NCBI RefSeq assembly: GCF_006345805.1
Contig: NC_042997.1
Location: 127,844,001 to 127,908,000 of the forward strand
From: Octopus sinensis
Lineage: Eukaryota
Length of the DNA stretch: 64,000 bases
Reading direction: 5' to 3'
The translations under genes and the position numbers were made by a program. Numbering within the stretch: the stretch's first letter is position 1; each line of letters starts with the position of its first letter. Positions 25,654-39,124 of the stretch are shown in pieces. The notes below the pieces were generated by a model. It saw nothing but the letters and a program-made list of their open reading frames with translations, made no database searches and was not told where the DNA came from.

Positions 25654-26499
25654 GTAATAACTTGATCTCGAACTTAATGTGAAGGTTTTGTCTGAATAAA
25701 TTGATATTGTATACATCGTTAACGGGAGTTTTGGCTGTTACGCCACTGCTGGACATCTGCTTCTGAGGAACCCATAGCAGGGTGAAATCATGTGATCTGG
25801 CAGTTTTGCTAGGTGTATCAAACGATTCTCGTCGTCAACAATATGATTACGAGTGCTTTTATACAGCAGAGTCCTTATGAGAGGCCCTCTCAAGGAAAAT
25901 AATGCAGTATTCTGTGTTTTAACACAACCTCCACGTTAAGTTGGAGTTCAAGATTACCTTTTGATATTAATACTGCTTCTGTCGCTATTAATTAATTAAA
26001 CAATTTAAAATGAAATATATACTGTTTTTAAAACAAAAATGCAATATTAATTGTGTTTTCAAAAGTAAATAAAATGGTTGCCTCACAAGTTTAGTTTTTC
26101 GGTAGGCAGAAATACGAATGCGATCTAACTTGTTTTTGTTTTGTTAAACTTTTATCATGAAAGAATAACCATCTACAAATTAACCGAATTTCAGTTTGTA
26201 TACTCTATAAATAACTATAACTACTAATCTCTCCGTGGATACATGTCGGTAATTTTCTCTCTGATGAACATCTATTAAGAGAAGAAACTGGCTACTTTGA
26301 TCCCATTTTTCTGCTCAGACACAAACCCTGTGTTATAACCGCTTTGTTCATTTTTCACAGTTAAAATAAAAGTTTTTGTCTTGGGTCGGTGGTGGGACGG
26401 TTCTTGAAAATAGCATATTTTACAATTCGAATTATAGGCAAACGCTGTAAGTGCTCTATGAATTAACTAAGATATAAATTTTTAGAGAAAGGAAGTTTT

Positions 26500-27250
26500 A
26501 TCATATGTGAGTTACTATCAGAAGGTCTCCAAGTTGCAAGAGCCGTGATTGTACCGTTCACTGGAAATATCTTCTCAACTGATGATATTTAGCCAACCAG
26601 TCTTTATGTTATCTACTTGTCTTCAATTCTTACTGAAAGTTCTATAGCACTGCGTTTGAGCAACTCTTCGATTTTGCTATGGTTAAAAAAGTGTAGCAAT
26701 GTGCCAGCGGAAATATTTTGCATGTAGCTCGGCAAATCTGTTGTTGAACCCCTCGAAATCCTTTGTCATCTTTTGACGATACTTGGCGGACACAGATTGA
26801 TTGACGGTTAAAGATGATAAGCGTTTAAGGCGACCAACTGCTAACAAAACGCTTAACAACATGGAAAAATAATCAGTGAACTCTGCCAACAAATCTCTCA
26901 TGACTCGAATCAGCTTTGGAGACTGCAAGTGATTCTCCAGCTATGCATGAATATGCATCTCATTTACTTCCATAATTTTTTCTTAGTTAATTCATAAGGC
27001 ACTCATAGAAAAACTGTGGCTGCCGCTCTACACTCTCCATCTTCGTCTTGTAGTCCATCCCCTTGTGACAGTGCCGTATTTCTCAAAATGAAAATGAAGT
27101 TGAAGCGATGCCTCTCCGAGACAGTGGATTATATACAAATAGAACCGTTGGAGATATTACGCAGCTTTCTGAAAGAGGATGATATCAATGATACTTTTTG
27201 AGGCGTGAAAGAACAGCTTGGATTGCTGCGTATAATCCCAAGAGGACGGT
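26500..27250 (-). mobile_element. hAT-like transposase fossil
   Basis: Degenerate H.EIR..S.G motif (~27070-27100) and KDFEGFNNRFAELHAKYF resemble the RWLS and DF..RF.DL segments of hAT transposases. Confidence 0.4.
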
Positions 27251-27658
27251 ACCCGAATGTTAATAATATATGAAATGCATAATTTACTAAAATACTGGTT
27301 TGGTTTTTATTTCTTTTTTAACGCCTGGTCCGACAACTTTGACAACAATGTCGGACGTAAGTGTTTGGGTGAAGAAGGGTTTGATATGTGTGTGTTTATA
27401 TGAGTACGTCTCTTTTCTGTATTAGTGTCTCCTGGGAGTATTGGTATTCATAGACAGAGGTTTTCTGTGATATAGAAATATTTACAATGTCTAAAAGATA
27501 TCTCATATGTGTGTGTATAATCAGTTGACACTGAATACTATGAAACCGGGATGATGAAAGCGATAAAACATATCACATGAATATACATCTTGATGTACAA
27601 TGAAAGACACTGATATACATTTATTAACCAATGTCAGTATATGTTTGTATGTATGTAA

Positions 27659-27716
<58 letters not shown>

Positions 27717-27759
27717 GGTTATATAGATAGATATATATATATATTATATATATATATAT

Positions 27760-27806
<47 letters not shown>

Positions 27807-27868
27807 TATAGATAGATAGATAGATAGATAGATAAATATATAGATAGATAAATAGATAGAGAGATAGT

Positions 27869-27918
<50 letters not shown>

Positions 27919-28366
27919 TATAGATAGATAGATAGATGATAGATACCCTATACATACTTTCATATATATATGCAGTCATATATGCTTGTGTGTGTACGGT
28001 GTGTGTAGTGTGTGTGTGTGTGTGTTCAAAGTACCTTTATCTCAGACATATTTTATTAAAACGCGTCTCTCACTTAATGTATTTCATTTTTAATTTCCTA
28101 TTTTCCTGATGACAATTTCAATAGTTATTAGTGTATCAGTGCGTATGTGCAATGACGACATATACACATACACACACACACGCACATACACATGTATACA
28201 CACACATGCACATACAGACATATACACACGCGCGCGCACACACTAGTTGAGAGTTTATATCCTATGCGAGTAAAACTTGGGAGGTTATCAAGTATTCTAT
28301 GCCTGTAAGTGTCTGTGAGTATGTATAGGTGTATGTGAATTCACTTTTACGCATAAACTTATATAC

Positions 28367-28411
<45 letters not shown>

Positions 28412-28428
28412 GAGAGAGAGAGAGAGAG

Positions 28429-28471
<43 letters not shown>

Positions 28472-28586
28472 GATAGATAGATAGATATGTGTGCATGTGC
28501 ATGTGCATGTGCATGTGCATATATTATATATATATACATGTGTGTGTATATAATATATATGCAAATGCACATGCACACATACATGC

Positions 28587-28619
<33 letters not shown>

Positions 28620-28679
28620 ATAAGTACGTACATACATATATATGTATATATATATATATATATATATAGATGTATGCAT

Positions 28680-28754
<75 letters not shown>

Positions 28755-28757
<3 letters not shown>

Positions 28758-28850
28758 AGAATTCACGAAAAAAACAAAAGGCGAAGACAGGTGGTGTAGA
28801 AAACAAACAGATGTATTAGTATAACGCTCATGAATTGAAAAAGTATTTAC
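28755..28850 (-). mobile_element. PLE pLTR 3' fragment abutting (TA)n
   Basis: Reverse complement resembles 18430-18505. Confidence 0.55.
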
Positions 28851-29339
28851 ATAGATACATACATACATATGTTTATACTTATATATCTGTATTCTGGGTG
28901 TGAAGACATTTTGGCCAGAGGGGCGTGAATAATGTAACATCCGCACAATGGCCTTTTCAGCAGGCGGTTAAATAACTACCTTAGAATTTGAAGTCGTTTA
29001 AATACCCTTGATTTTGTAAAACAAACAGCAGGCGAACTAAACTGATTCGAATTGTAGAGAAATTCAAGCAAAGCCGTTAGGGAGAGACAACTGTATACAA
29101 AGGCAGCTCAAGTAATTCAGACGCCATCTTGAGTCACAATTATAAGTATTTTATATAAAACTTATACTTATGTTCAAATTATGAATTTGTAATTAACAAA
29201 CTTACATACATGAATTTGTAATTAAACTTACATACATGAATTTGTAATTAACAAACTTACACACACATGCATGTACCCGCGCACTCACACGCACATGTAT
29301 ATATACATATATGTATATATATATATATATATAAGTAAT

Positions 29340-29570
29340 ACTAAGCAATTAAGGGTTTAGCAACGAATTGCCTCACCACACACCGAATTTAGAAATAGCA
29401 GTCAAAGAGTTATAGCTATTCTTTCTACTAAAAGGGAGATCTCAGTAAAAACACAGCACTTGAAAGGCAAACACAGACAGGTAAGAGAGAATGAAATGAC
29501 GGCAATCTATCATACAATTTTAAGTCACCTACGAACGTACGTTTCGAAATCAAGTTTTAGGAAAGCATAA
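29340..29570 (-). mobile_element. PLE pLTR-like fragment with decayed hammerhead half
   Basis: Ends in CTTAATTGCT like the 38742 unit; upstream GATTTCGAAACGTACG. Confidence 0.4.
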
Positions 29571-29596
29571 GAATTAGATAATTCTACCTTACCTAA

Positions 29597-29632
<36 letters not shown>

Positions 29633-29879
29633 ATTATGTATACATATATGTGTGTGTTGGCTGTATGCGTGTATATATGGATGTCGTCCTAGACGTCGAT
29701 ATCCTCGGATTACCCGTTTATGAGAATATGGCCATGCCACATAGAATGAAGAACTTAAAGTGCAAACCTGAAGTATATAATATAAAACAGCAAGGATTCC
29801 GGCAAACTCCATCTATAATAAATACAGGGTGTGAGAGGCAACTGAGTGCATGATTGTAATTTAATAAAATAACAATGAA

Positions 29880-30156
29880 CTATTGTGTCTGGGGAGAGTC
29901 ATTTTCTTTTTGTGCCTTATTATGTAACACACTCACCGGTAAAATTTCCACGTTTTTCTTATTTTTACTGTCCTAAAATTTTCGTAAAGTCTTGCAACCT
30001 TTTCAATAGTTTTGACTCTAGAGCAACTACTGAAAAGGTTGCAAGACTCAACGAAAATTTTAGGACAATAAAAATAAGAAAAACGTGGAAATTTTACCGT
30101 TGAGTGTGTTACATAATAAGGCACAAAAAGAAAATGACTCCCCCCAGATACAATAG
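29880..30156. repeat. 277-bp near-perfect palindrome (fold-back element)
   Basis: CTATTGTGTCTGGGGAGAGTCATTTTC... pairs with ...GAAAATGACTCCCCCCAGATACAATAG, symmetric about CTCTAGAG at 30017-30024. Confidence 0.95.
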
Positions 30157-30269
30157 AATATGCTTCAACACACGAACTCATAAAGTATATTGCAAACCAA
30201 ATCCCAAAACGAAACAACGAACTAGTAAAATTAAATTAATTTTAATTAAAAAAATTGGCGCACATGTTC

Positions 30270-30693
30270 TCGATAAGCTTCGGTAACTGCTTCAGTGTGG
30301 GATCGGAATCATTGACATGGTTCTTATTCTTTTCAGACATTACCTGAACAATGGTTGACTTCAGTGAAGCCATGATTCTGTGATGATATCGATTACTCTT
30401 CATTTCTACGATGTTTCAAACGTAGTGGTTCATGAGATTTAAATTTGGTATTACATAATCGTAAAGACTATTTGACATCTATCCTTGGGTTACGTGGGCA
30501 TAGTGAAAAGGCATTGAGACTTGAAACATATATGGCCTTCCATTACGTTCTTCATCCATATAAAGCTTAAGTGGCTCTCAACGTAGCCAGCAGCGTTAAT
30601 TCTAAGGTCCTGCGGTAAGATATGAGGTGGTATAGCATGACCTTTGTTTCTCATCACTCTTAAAACCATTACAGTTGCTGGAAACTTATGCAT
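30270..30693 (-). mobile_element. Tc1/mariner-superfamily transposase C-terminal relic (maT/DD37D-like)
   Basis: KFPATVMVL.V...GH..PPH..PQ.LR.NAAGYVE...GRPYMFQ...SLKSTIVQVM; the WPP.SPD segment is deleted, so the D-D spacing cannot be counted. Confidence 0.75.
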
Positions 30694-32354
30694 TATTCTT
30701 CTGGAGCCATCAGAGGTATAATATTAAATGATCACCCATCGGGACCGTTTAAATAACATGTTTTGTCTATCAAAGACGTCCTTTATAGCTGTGAAATATG
30801 GAAGTATTGAAGGATTAGGTTGCTGGACACTCTTAGATTCTGTGGACTACGTCCCTGTTTTGCTATCAGGCACCACGGAAATAGGAGTGGTCGCTACTGT
30901 ACGGAAATAATACAAGAAGGTTTCAAGATATTAATCAGGACCATTTAATGCATGCTCGGTGACTGGATAAGTATATCCAAGTTGGTCAGTGTAATGAATA
31001 CCTGGACAAAAGTCTTGTTATGATCCATAGGGTGTGGTTTGAGATAGACCTTCAGGAAATAGAACGTGATTACGAGTAGGGTACACAAATCTTAATTTAA
31101 AGGAAGTCGAGAAGATTCTAAGCCTAAAAGATGAGGAGGAAACGACGAACGCATGCTTAGCTTCTAGTATTTATTACAGTGTGATCGGTATGCCTTATCC
31201 AGTTTTCATCTGATGAAACGAGCTTTTATCTTTTTGTGAAAGAGTCGTATTTCACAGGTGATGCGGTTCATCTACTGCCAACATCTGTTTCTGAACGGTT
31301 CGCCATGTTGTGACCGATACAGCGTAGACACGTGGTTAGTTCCTCCATCTGCAGAAATTCTCAATCCCTAAGGTGTGGTCACCATTTATGAGGCAGATTT
31401 CATAAAGGTTATCACACTGACAGAGCTACAGTCCTGCATTCGCTAAAGAGGCCAATGTGTATGCTGTAATGATGTCGACCTTATTGACCGATATATATTC
31501 ACATTCAGAGTATATATATTTGTAATTTGTTTTAATGCTTTGTTTTTCCTTTCCATATTCTTTGGGTCCCTAGCACCTGGTATGTTCAGAAATGGTCACA
31601 GTTCTCTGCAAGTTGGACAACGAGGCTGATGATATGCCATTCCTCACATTCTATAGGGGGCTAATGGCTGACAAGCGTGACAATGTTGGAGAGACTCCAG
31701 GTATTGACGAAGAGGAAATGAACAGTTTTTCCTCTGTCAAATCTATCTCCGTACATTTGCTGCTACTGTCACTATTGTTTCGTTCGGGTAGGTCGATTTT
31801 GAAACTATAATCTCGGACTAGTCTAGATAGTAAGGTATTAATGTATAAAAATATGTCGCATTAATTCTTATTTATGAAAATGATTGTATTGTATGTTTTC
31901 AGGATTCTCAGTTATTTTTAAGTTGTAAAATTGTATAATTTTATGCATAAAAAGCCAATCATTGGATCTAATTTAATCAAAATAACCAATTAAAATTTGT
32001 CGCTTTCAACAAAACAATGCTTGGAACTTGTTTAAATCCTTTATAGATGTTTATTGATGTATTATTTTGTACTCTCTAATGACGTTTACCTATCAAATGC
32101 TTATTAAATTAAATCATTTTCAGATATTTCATAAAAATGGGTAGAAAAGGGAGGAAGTCTGCAGTATTAACTCGAAGTGATAGTGCTAAACATTCGGTGG
32201 TCAGCTTTCCCTTTTAGATAAAACAGAACCTCCTACCCTCCACCAAGTTATTCAATACACAGCTAGTACAGAGCACCTTGTGCATGGGCAAGTCTCGGTG
32301 CCCCGCCTGTCGGACGAGTGCTCTCTACCTGCACCGAAATTTTTATTTTATGTC

Positions 32355-32426
32355 CGCTCTCGTTGGAGATTGAACCTTAGACCAAAGCGTGGAAATCCAG
32401 CGCCTTATCCACTCGGCCATAAGAGC
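32355..32426 (-). pseudogene. 72-nt tRNA-like sequence (pseudo-tRNA or SINE head)
   Basis: GCTCTTATGGCCGAGTGGATAAGGCGCTGGATTTCCACGCTTTGGTCTAAGGTTCAATCTCCAACGAGAGCG: acceptor stem and D arm form, A and B boxes are present, anticodon stem does not pair. Confidence 0.6.
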
Positions 32427-33319
32427 TCCAATTTTATAGTGAAATAAAAACTAAATTTGTTATTTCTCTCTCAGAAGTGGGAAGCTAGCCAAGAACAGGC
32501 TGAAGAGGATCACAGACATCAACAATGACGCTACACACTCGTCAGCATAAGTCAACCTTTCTCAAAGTGAGATGTGTAAACCTGCTCTAACAGAAGACTT
32601 TTCTGATCAGCAACTTCAAGAAGCATTACTGAATGCTAGAGTTGTCTAACTTGCCTTCACTTTCTCAGAGGTTTGAAAGAGCAGTGTTGCTGACATCTAG
32701 GGCTTCCCATACTGTTTATGGACTCGAATCAAGGAACAAATACATTCTGGTCAGACCCCTAAGCTGCCGTACGAGGCCTTCCTTTACTTTTAAGGGCTCT
32801 TACAGTGAAACTTATGATGATTTTTGGTATCTAAGTTTGTCTTATCCGACTCTATACATTTTGTACATGTCTTTACACGTTTTCAATAAAGGTGCAACAT
32901 TTTTGTGGCCTTTTCAAATGGCAATAGCATACCTTTTTTTCGACTGAAAATGGTGAAAATGCGATGCTTTTTGGTTTACAATATTTTTAAGTTTTTGAAA
33001 TAGTTTCCTAAAAAAAAAACGGTTAAAGTTAGGGAGATGGATTTTTTTTTTGTCAGTTATCATCACATTAAACCCTCACTATCTCGATTAGTCCAAAGTC
33101 ATTAACTACAAAAGTGTGGAAAATCAACCTGCCCTCTTGTTTCACCCAAGGCCAGCTCTGATTTAGGCCAATAAAACCTATTCTTAAAGACAAACTATTC
33201 TTGTGGTTTAAAGACAAACCATTCTTATTACACCAAGCAATACATCATTGAATGTCCTCTGCTATTGTAAGGTACAATCTGAGATAGATTTAGTGGTTAT
33301 TTCTAGTAAGCCGATTGAT

Positions 33320-33850
33320 TAAGGAGAACCTTACACGACAGCTACAGGAAATACTGTTAGAATATGACAGTTGCTATTTCTCTGGCTTTAACATTGTTGA
33401 AATCTCTCCAGCACAATGCACGCAGAGAACAACCACAAGAAAAATAGACGACATGACATTTCTTGATCATTGGGATCGTCTCGAAAACCTCAAGCTTTAT
33501 TTCTCCCAGCTCTACCGCATGCGGTATGTCATTTGTATGATGTGGAAAGTATTCCAACGGCATTGCCCAAGTGATGTTAGTATCAGCTTCACCTAAGGCC
33601 TGGTTCACGGGTCATGCGTCACCTACAAAAATTATGCTCGCCTCACATCACAATACTAAGATAGATCTATTTCACCCCAAATGGCATCATGCGAAGACAC
33701 ATAAAAAAAGAAAAAGATCTTGTTACATTCAAAATGGGTCCCAATCAAATATCTCCAGCAAATTTCAGACAAGTCACCCACAACCAGACATATCTCTGCA
33801 AACAATAACTCTTCACTCGAATACAATATAGTGCCAATATAATGCGACAC
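33320..33850 (+). mobile_element. CR1-clade LINE 3' fragment
   Basis: TRKIDDMTFLDHWDRLENLKLY...RYVICMMWKVF..HCPSDV and a downstream QQI.DK....ANNNS segment. Confidence 0.8.
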
Positions 33851-33962
33851 ACCATTAAATGTCTTTTCCGGATGATGCTATGAAGTTTGTCATGGCCAGA
33901 ACCAATGCTGCCGAAACTTATCCCAGTATCTAAGAACAAACACATACGCACACACAAGCACA

Positions 33963-34063
<101 letters not shown>

Positions 34064-35893
34064 GCACAAATATAATCATATATATATATATATATATGGC
34101 ATTTGCACATTGAAACAGATCAGCTTCTGAAAATGGAAGCGAAACCGAATGTTTTGAGAATTGAAGGGTTTAAATTTAACCAAATGGATCTGTGCTCCAC
34201 TAAATCCAGACTTAGAGGTTGCTGTAGATAGGTTAGTCGGATATCGCATGGGAGTGGGTGGGGTTTTGCACTCCAGATCAATCTATCCTTGATAAGTTCC
34301 AACCTCAGCACTACAACATTAGCAAAACTCTTAAACATTCTGCTGAATAGAATTGTAAGCCAGAAATTATGGATGATCCGCAAAATTAAATTTTACTATA
34401 ATTATGTTATCCAGCATTTTCAGATAACATTCGAATGAAAAGTCTTTAAAAAAAATCGTACTAGATTCTGTGATAGCACTTAAAATTGTAAGTGACGAGG
34501 GCATACTACATACAGACCTTAAGTATGTCGAAATCATACTGAATTTAAATTACGTCAGCAGGTTGTATTTGTTACTATGGCGCCATTTCAATAAAATTTA
34601 TAATTTATATTTTTATATTTGACATATCGAAATGTTGTATCAGGATATAGTTTTTAAGTGTACAAAATACTCACGGTGTTTTAATGCATACATACATACA
34701 AACATGCACAACACACACACACACATACACGAACACACACACATATATATATACACGAATTTGAAATACCATTAGATTTTAAATAATTGTGTATATAACA
34801 TTCATAGTGTGTATGCAAACGTGGAATGATATTAGTTGTAATATTCTTGAGTCGGAGAAACATCTCAAAATACTTGTACATTGAAAAGCAAGGCGTTGAT
34901 AAGAATACTGGTGGATCGTCAGATACGCTGTTTCGACCTGGCTTAGTCTTGTCAGTCACAGATACTCCGAACATTTTAAGTTATACTGAAGATATTGATT
35001 CCGATACGTGAATTTGATTTTAACCTGGATAGCTTTCGCACAAAAATCAGGCAAGATATTGTTGACAGATTTCTGAATCAGAAATAACATTTAGAGAAGA
35101 AAGTCGGTTACTCTTCGCGGAGAACGGTCTTTCTTATGGATGTAGCATAAATCACCGGAATGATCTTTTTCACTCAAGTAATTTATACGCTATTGCGAAG
35201 AAGAAAAAGATCGTTCTTGGCAAAGGGAAACCGACTCTTTTCTCTAAGTGCATATACATATATATCCCAGGTCCTATATTGAAAGAAATGATGTTCCGTA
35301 AACGTGAAAATGCTTAGGAATAGCTCTTCAACTCTGCAACAAATGTTGCTGCTGATGATCTAAAAGACAATACATGTTTTACTCACGGTGATTCCCGTTG
35401 CACTATTCCCATCATTTAGCAGTCATCATTTGTGGTGAGTACGTGCTGCACTCCGTTATCCCTGTACTCTAATTTATTACCAAATATATTTCTCTTCAAA
35501 TGTATTTATCGATACATATAATACACTGCGGATTTAAAAACTGATATTTGCATGCATAAAAGTTATTTTATTACTTTTTTTTTCTAATTTTTTCAGTCGG
35601 AACGCATCACAATTTATAAAAAGGAAATCAATGAGACAGATTTCTCATTACGTAATACTTGTACAAGATTTTCAGGATTGCAGAGTACACACAGAGACAC
35701 ACATACACACACACACGCACACATACAGAACGTAAGAGTATGTGTATGTAGGAACAAACAAAAAGGGTAAAAATAGCACACAATGCCAAAGAAGGAGCCA
35801 CGTGTTACACTCTACCAGAAGATCGCAGTGGCTTGAAAGTCAGTCACAAGAACAAGCATCCAGTTTCATTTCATTTATCTATCTATCTATCTG

Positions 35894-35965
<72 letters not shown>

Positions 35966-37059
35966 CCTATCTATCTACCTACCTATATATCTATCTATCT
36001 ACCTACCTATCTATATATCTGTTTGTCTGTCTCTCTATCTATCTATCAATCTATCTATTTACCTATCTATTTATCTAACTATCTAGCTATCTGTATACAT
36101 AATCACAAATATATGTGCATACATACATGTACATATATATGCATATATACATATATACACATATATACATATATGTATATGTGTGTGTACGTTTGGATAT
36201 ATATAAGTATGCATGTATGCTGTATGCATATATATATATCTAGATCTAGATCTCTATTACACATGCATATATATATGCATAGATGTAAGTGTTTATGTGT
36301 GTGTGTTTTGCTGAACTATATGACTTTACTTAACCATTATATGTATTAACTCTTACAAACAGCAAGTCTGATATAGTGTTACACGAGTGCACCAAATTCA
36401 TATAAGTATTCTCTACATTCTGTATTCAGTACTCTTTTTGTCTTGTTCAGTAGAAATAGCATGCATACGCGCACGAGCATCTGTGTGTGCATATGTGTTT
36501 GTATGTGTGTGTGTATTTATATATATGCGTAGCAATACATCCATATATGTATACATCTATACAAATATACACAGTAGATTAGCAATGTTCTGAATAAAAT
36601 AATTTATTCAGCATTTGTAAGTGATTACCTAATAACAATTTACCGAACACTTGGTATAATTGATTAAATACTTCTGGCATGACATGTTAAATATATATAT
36701 AAAAAAAAAAGAAATAACAACAAATAAATAAAGAACAAAATTCCATGCATTGAAATAAAATTTTCCCAAAGACAAATTACTTCAATCATTAGACATTATC
36801 AGAATTCTTGTGATCAATTTTGTGAAACAGACAGTTATCTTCTAAAAATAAGTTAGAGAATTTGATTACTGCTGGTTGTATATGTATATGGTGTGTAAGG
36901 TTTCCGTCTTCAGAGAGGAAAGCGTAACCCACGCAGACGAAATATAAAACGATAACGTTAGAAATTGAATTGCGGAGAGGATTTCATCATTTAAATTTGA
37001 ATTAACTGTGTGTGTAACATCAATTATGATACAGTGTTCATATATATTATTACATGTGG

Positions 37060-37124
<65 letters not shown>

Positions 37125-37168
37125 CTACACATATGCATATATATACATACATACACACATACATACAC

Positions 37169-37201
<33 letters not shown>

Positions 37202-37498
37202 GTGTGTGTGTGTGTGTGTATGTAATATCACAGATGGATTGAAGTTCACTACAGTTGTTTCAGACGTGTTTTTTTATTGATGAACAAATCAATTTCATCA
37301 TGCAAAAAATCGTTTACTTCGAATGAATTAAAAGTGCGACTCTAACTTGGTAATTTTGTTATTAAAATGCTTTGGTTCTATTGTACTCTTACGACTATAT
37401 ATATATATATATGTAGAAGATCTAAGGAATCGAAGTGTAGGAAGAAAGTTAGCTTCAAGCAACCCGTAGTAAATATAACACACACACAGCAAATATCA

Positions 37499-37893
37499 GG
37501 AATGGCTGTGTGGTAAGTAGCTTGCTTACAAACCACATGGTTCCGAGTTCAGTCCCACTGCGTGGCACCTTGGGCAAGTGTCTTCTACTATAGCCTCGGG
37601 CCTAACAAAACCTTGTGAGTGGATTTGGTAGATGGAAACTGAAAGAAGCCCGTCGTATATATGTATATGTATATATATGTGTATGTGTGTTACTGTGTTT
37701 GTCCCCCCCCCCAACATCGCTTGACAACCGATGCTGGTGTGTTTACGTCCCCGCAACTTAGCGGTTCGGCAAAAGAGACAGATAGAATAAGTACTAGGCT
37801 TACAAAGAATAAGTCTTGGGGTCGATTTGCCCGACTAAAGGTGGTGCTCCAGCATGACCGCAGTCAAATGACTGAAACAAGTAAAAGAGTAAA
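37499..37893 (+). mobile_element. SINE family A, full length
   Basis: All family A modules present. Confidence 0.92.
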
Positions 37894-37916
37894 ATAGTAT
37901 ATGTGTGTGTGTGTGT

Positions 37917-38245
37917 GTGAAGGCGCATGGCTCAGTCGTTAGAGCGTCGAGCTTACGATCGTGGGGCTGTGAGTTCGAATCCCGGACCGGGCTGCGTGTT
38001 GTGTTCTTGAGCAAGATACCTTCTTTCACGTTGCTCCATTTCGTTCACTCAGCTGTAGAAATGAGTTGCAACGTCACAGGTGCCAAGCTGTATCGGCTTT
38101 TGCCTTTCCTTTGGATATCACTGGTGGCGTGGAGAGGGGAGGCCGGTGTGCATTGGTGACTACTGGTCTTCCATAAACAACCTCGCCTGGACTTGTGCCA
38201 GAGAGGACAACTTTCTACGTGCAATCCCATGTCAGTCATGACCGA
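37917..38245 (+). mobile_element. SINE family B, full length
   Basis: GAAGGCGCATGGCTCAGTCGTTAGAGCG...GTGAGTTCGAATCCCGGACCGGG head with clear A and B boxes, followed by body. Confidence 0.88.
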
Positions 38246-38340
38246 CATATATATATATAAGAAATTACATTACAACTTACCGAGTGGGGATAATCGAAAT
38301 TCCTCTTCTCTGTTATTACTATATATGTATATATATGTAT

Positions 38341-38462
38341 ACAAAAATTCTAAAACTATGAGTGTAATTATAATTAGGGTTCAGCAAAAAATTGCATCAC
38401 CACATACCCTAATTTTTGCTGAACCCTAATTATAATTATACTCATAATTATAGAATTTTTGT
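38341..38462. repeat. ~120-bp hairpin (52-bp arms, 17-nt spacer)
   Basis: ACAAAAATTCTAAAACTATGAGTGTAATTATAATTAGGGTTCAGCAAAAAATT / AATTTTTGCTGAACCCTAATTATAATTATACTCATAATTATAGAATTTTTGT. Confidence 0.9.
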
Positions 38463-38564
38463 TTAAGTTTACCGAAAATGGTTCTTTTAACATACCGAAC
38501 TACTTGGCAAAATTATTAACTATGAATTAATTAATTAATTTTACCCTTTATTATTATTGATATC

Positions 38565-38613
<49 letters not shown>

Positions 38614-38704
38614 CTAGCATTATGATCCGTCTTTGCCGGGTCATAGTGCTAGTGCATGTATATATGTGTATATATATATATATATATATTACATATTTAT
38701 ATAT

Positions 38705-38744
<40 letters not shown>

Positions 38745-39124
38745 CAATTAAGGACAACTACTTAATAAGGAAAACTTAACAAGAAATTGTCAGGTAGATA
38801 GCGTAAAAACCTCATAAGAGAAAAAATTTCGAAAATAATTATTTCTTATTGAACATATTAATTTATATATAGAGGGCATTATACATACATGCCAGAAGGC
38901 ATCTACCTGACAATTTCTTGTTAAGTTTTCCTTATTAAGTAGTTGTCCTTAATTGCTAAATTTTTATTCCGAAAAAACTTTTCCTCTCCCGAAATGCAAT
39001 TCGTAAAAGTTTGCCATTTACCCGGATGTAATATATGTAAACTCACCCATGTGCTTCGTTGATGTTGATCAGTTAGCTGATCGGCTTAAGCGGGGCAGGG
39101 TCGTTGTTTATTTATAATACATTC

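Noticed and set aside
29180-29270. Short tandem repeats that could mimic CRISPR arrays (also 10620-10770, 41790-41850, 44750-44790)
   Set aside because: 2-3 adjacent degenerate units without unique spacers, no cas genes, eukaryotic context.
29885-30217. Two similar ORFs on opposite strands
   Set aside because: An automatic consequence of the 277-bp palindrome.
37917-37995. tRNA genes at the SINE heads (also 5719, 8455, 11363, 15706)
   Set aside because: They have A and B boxes but no complete cloverleaf, and each continues into a repeated SINE body.
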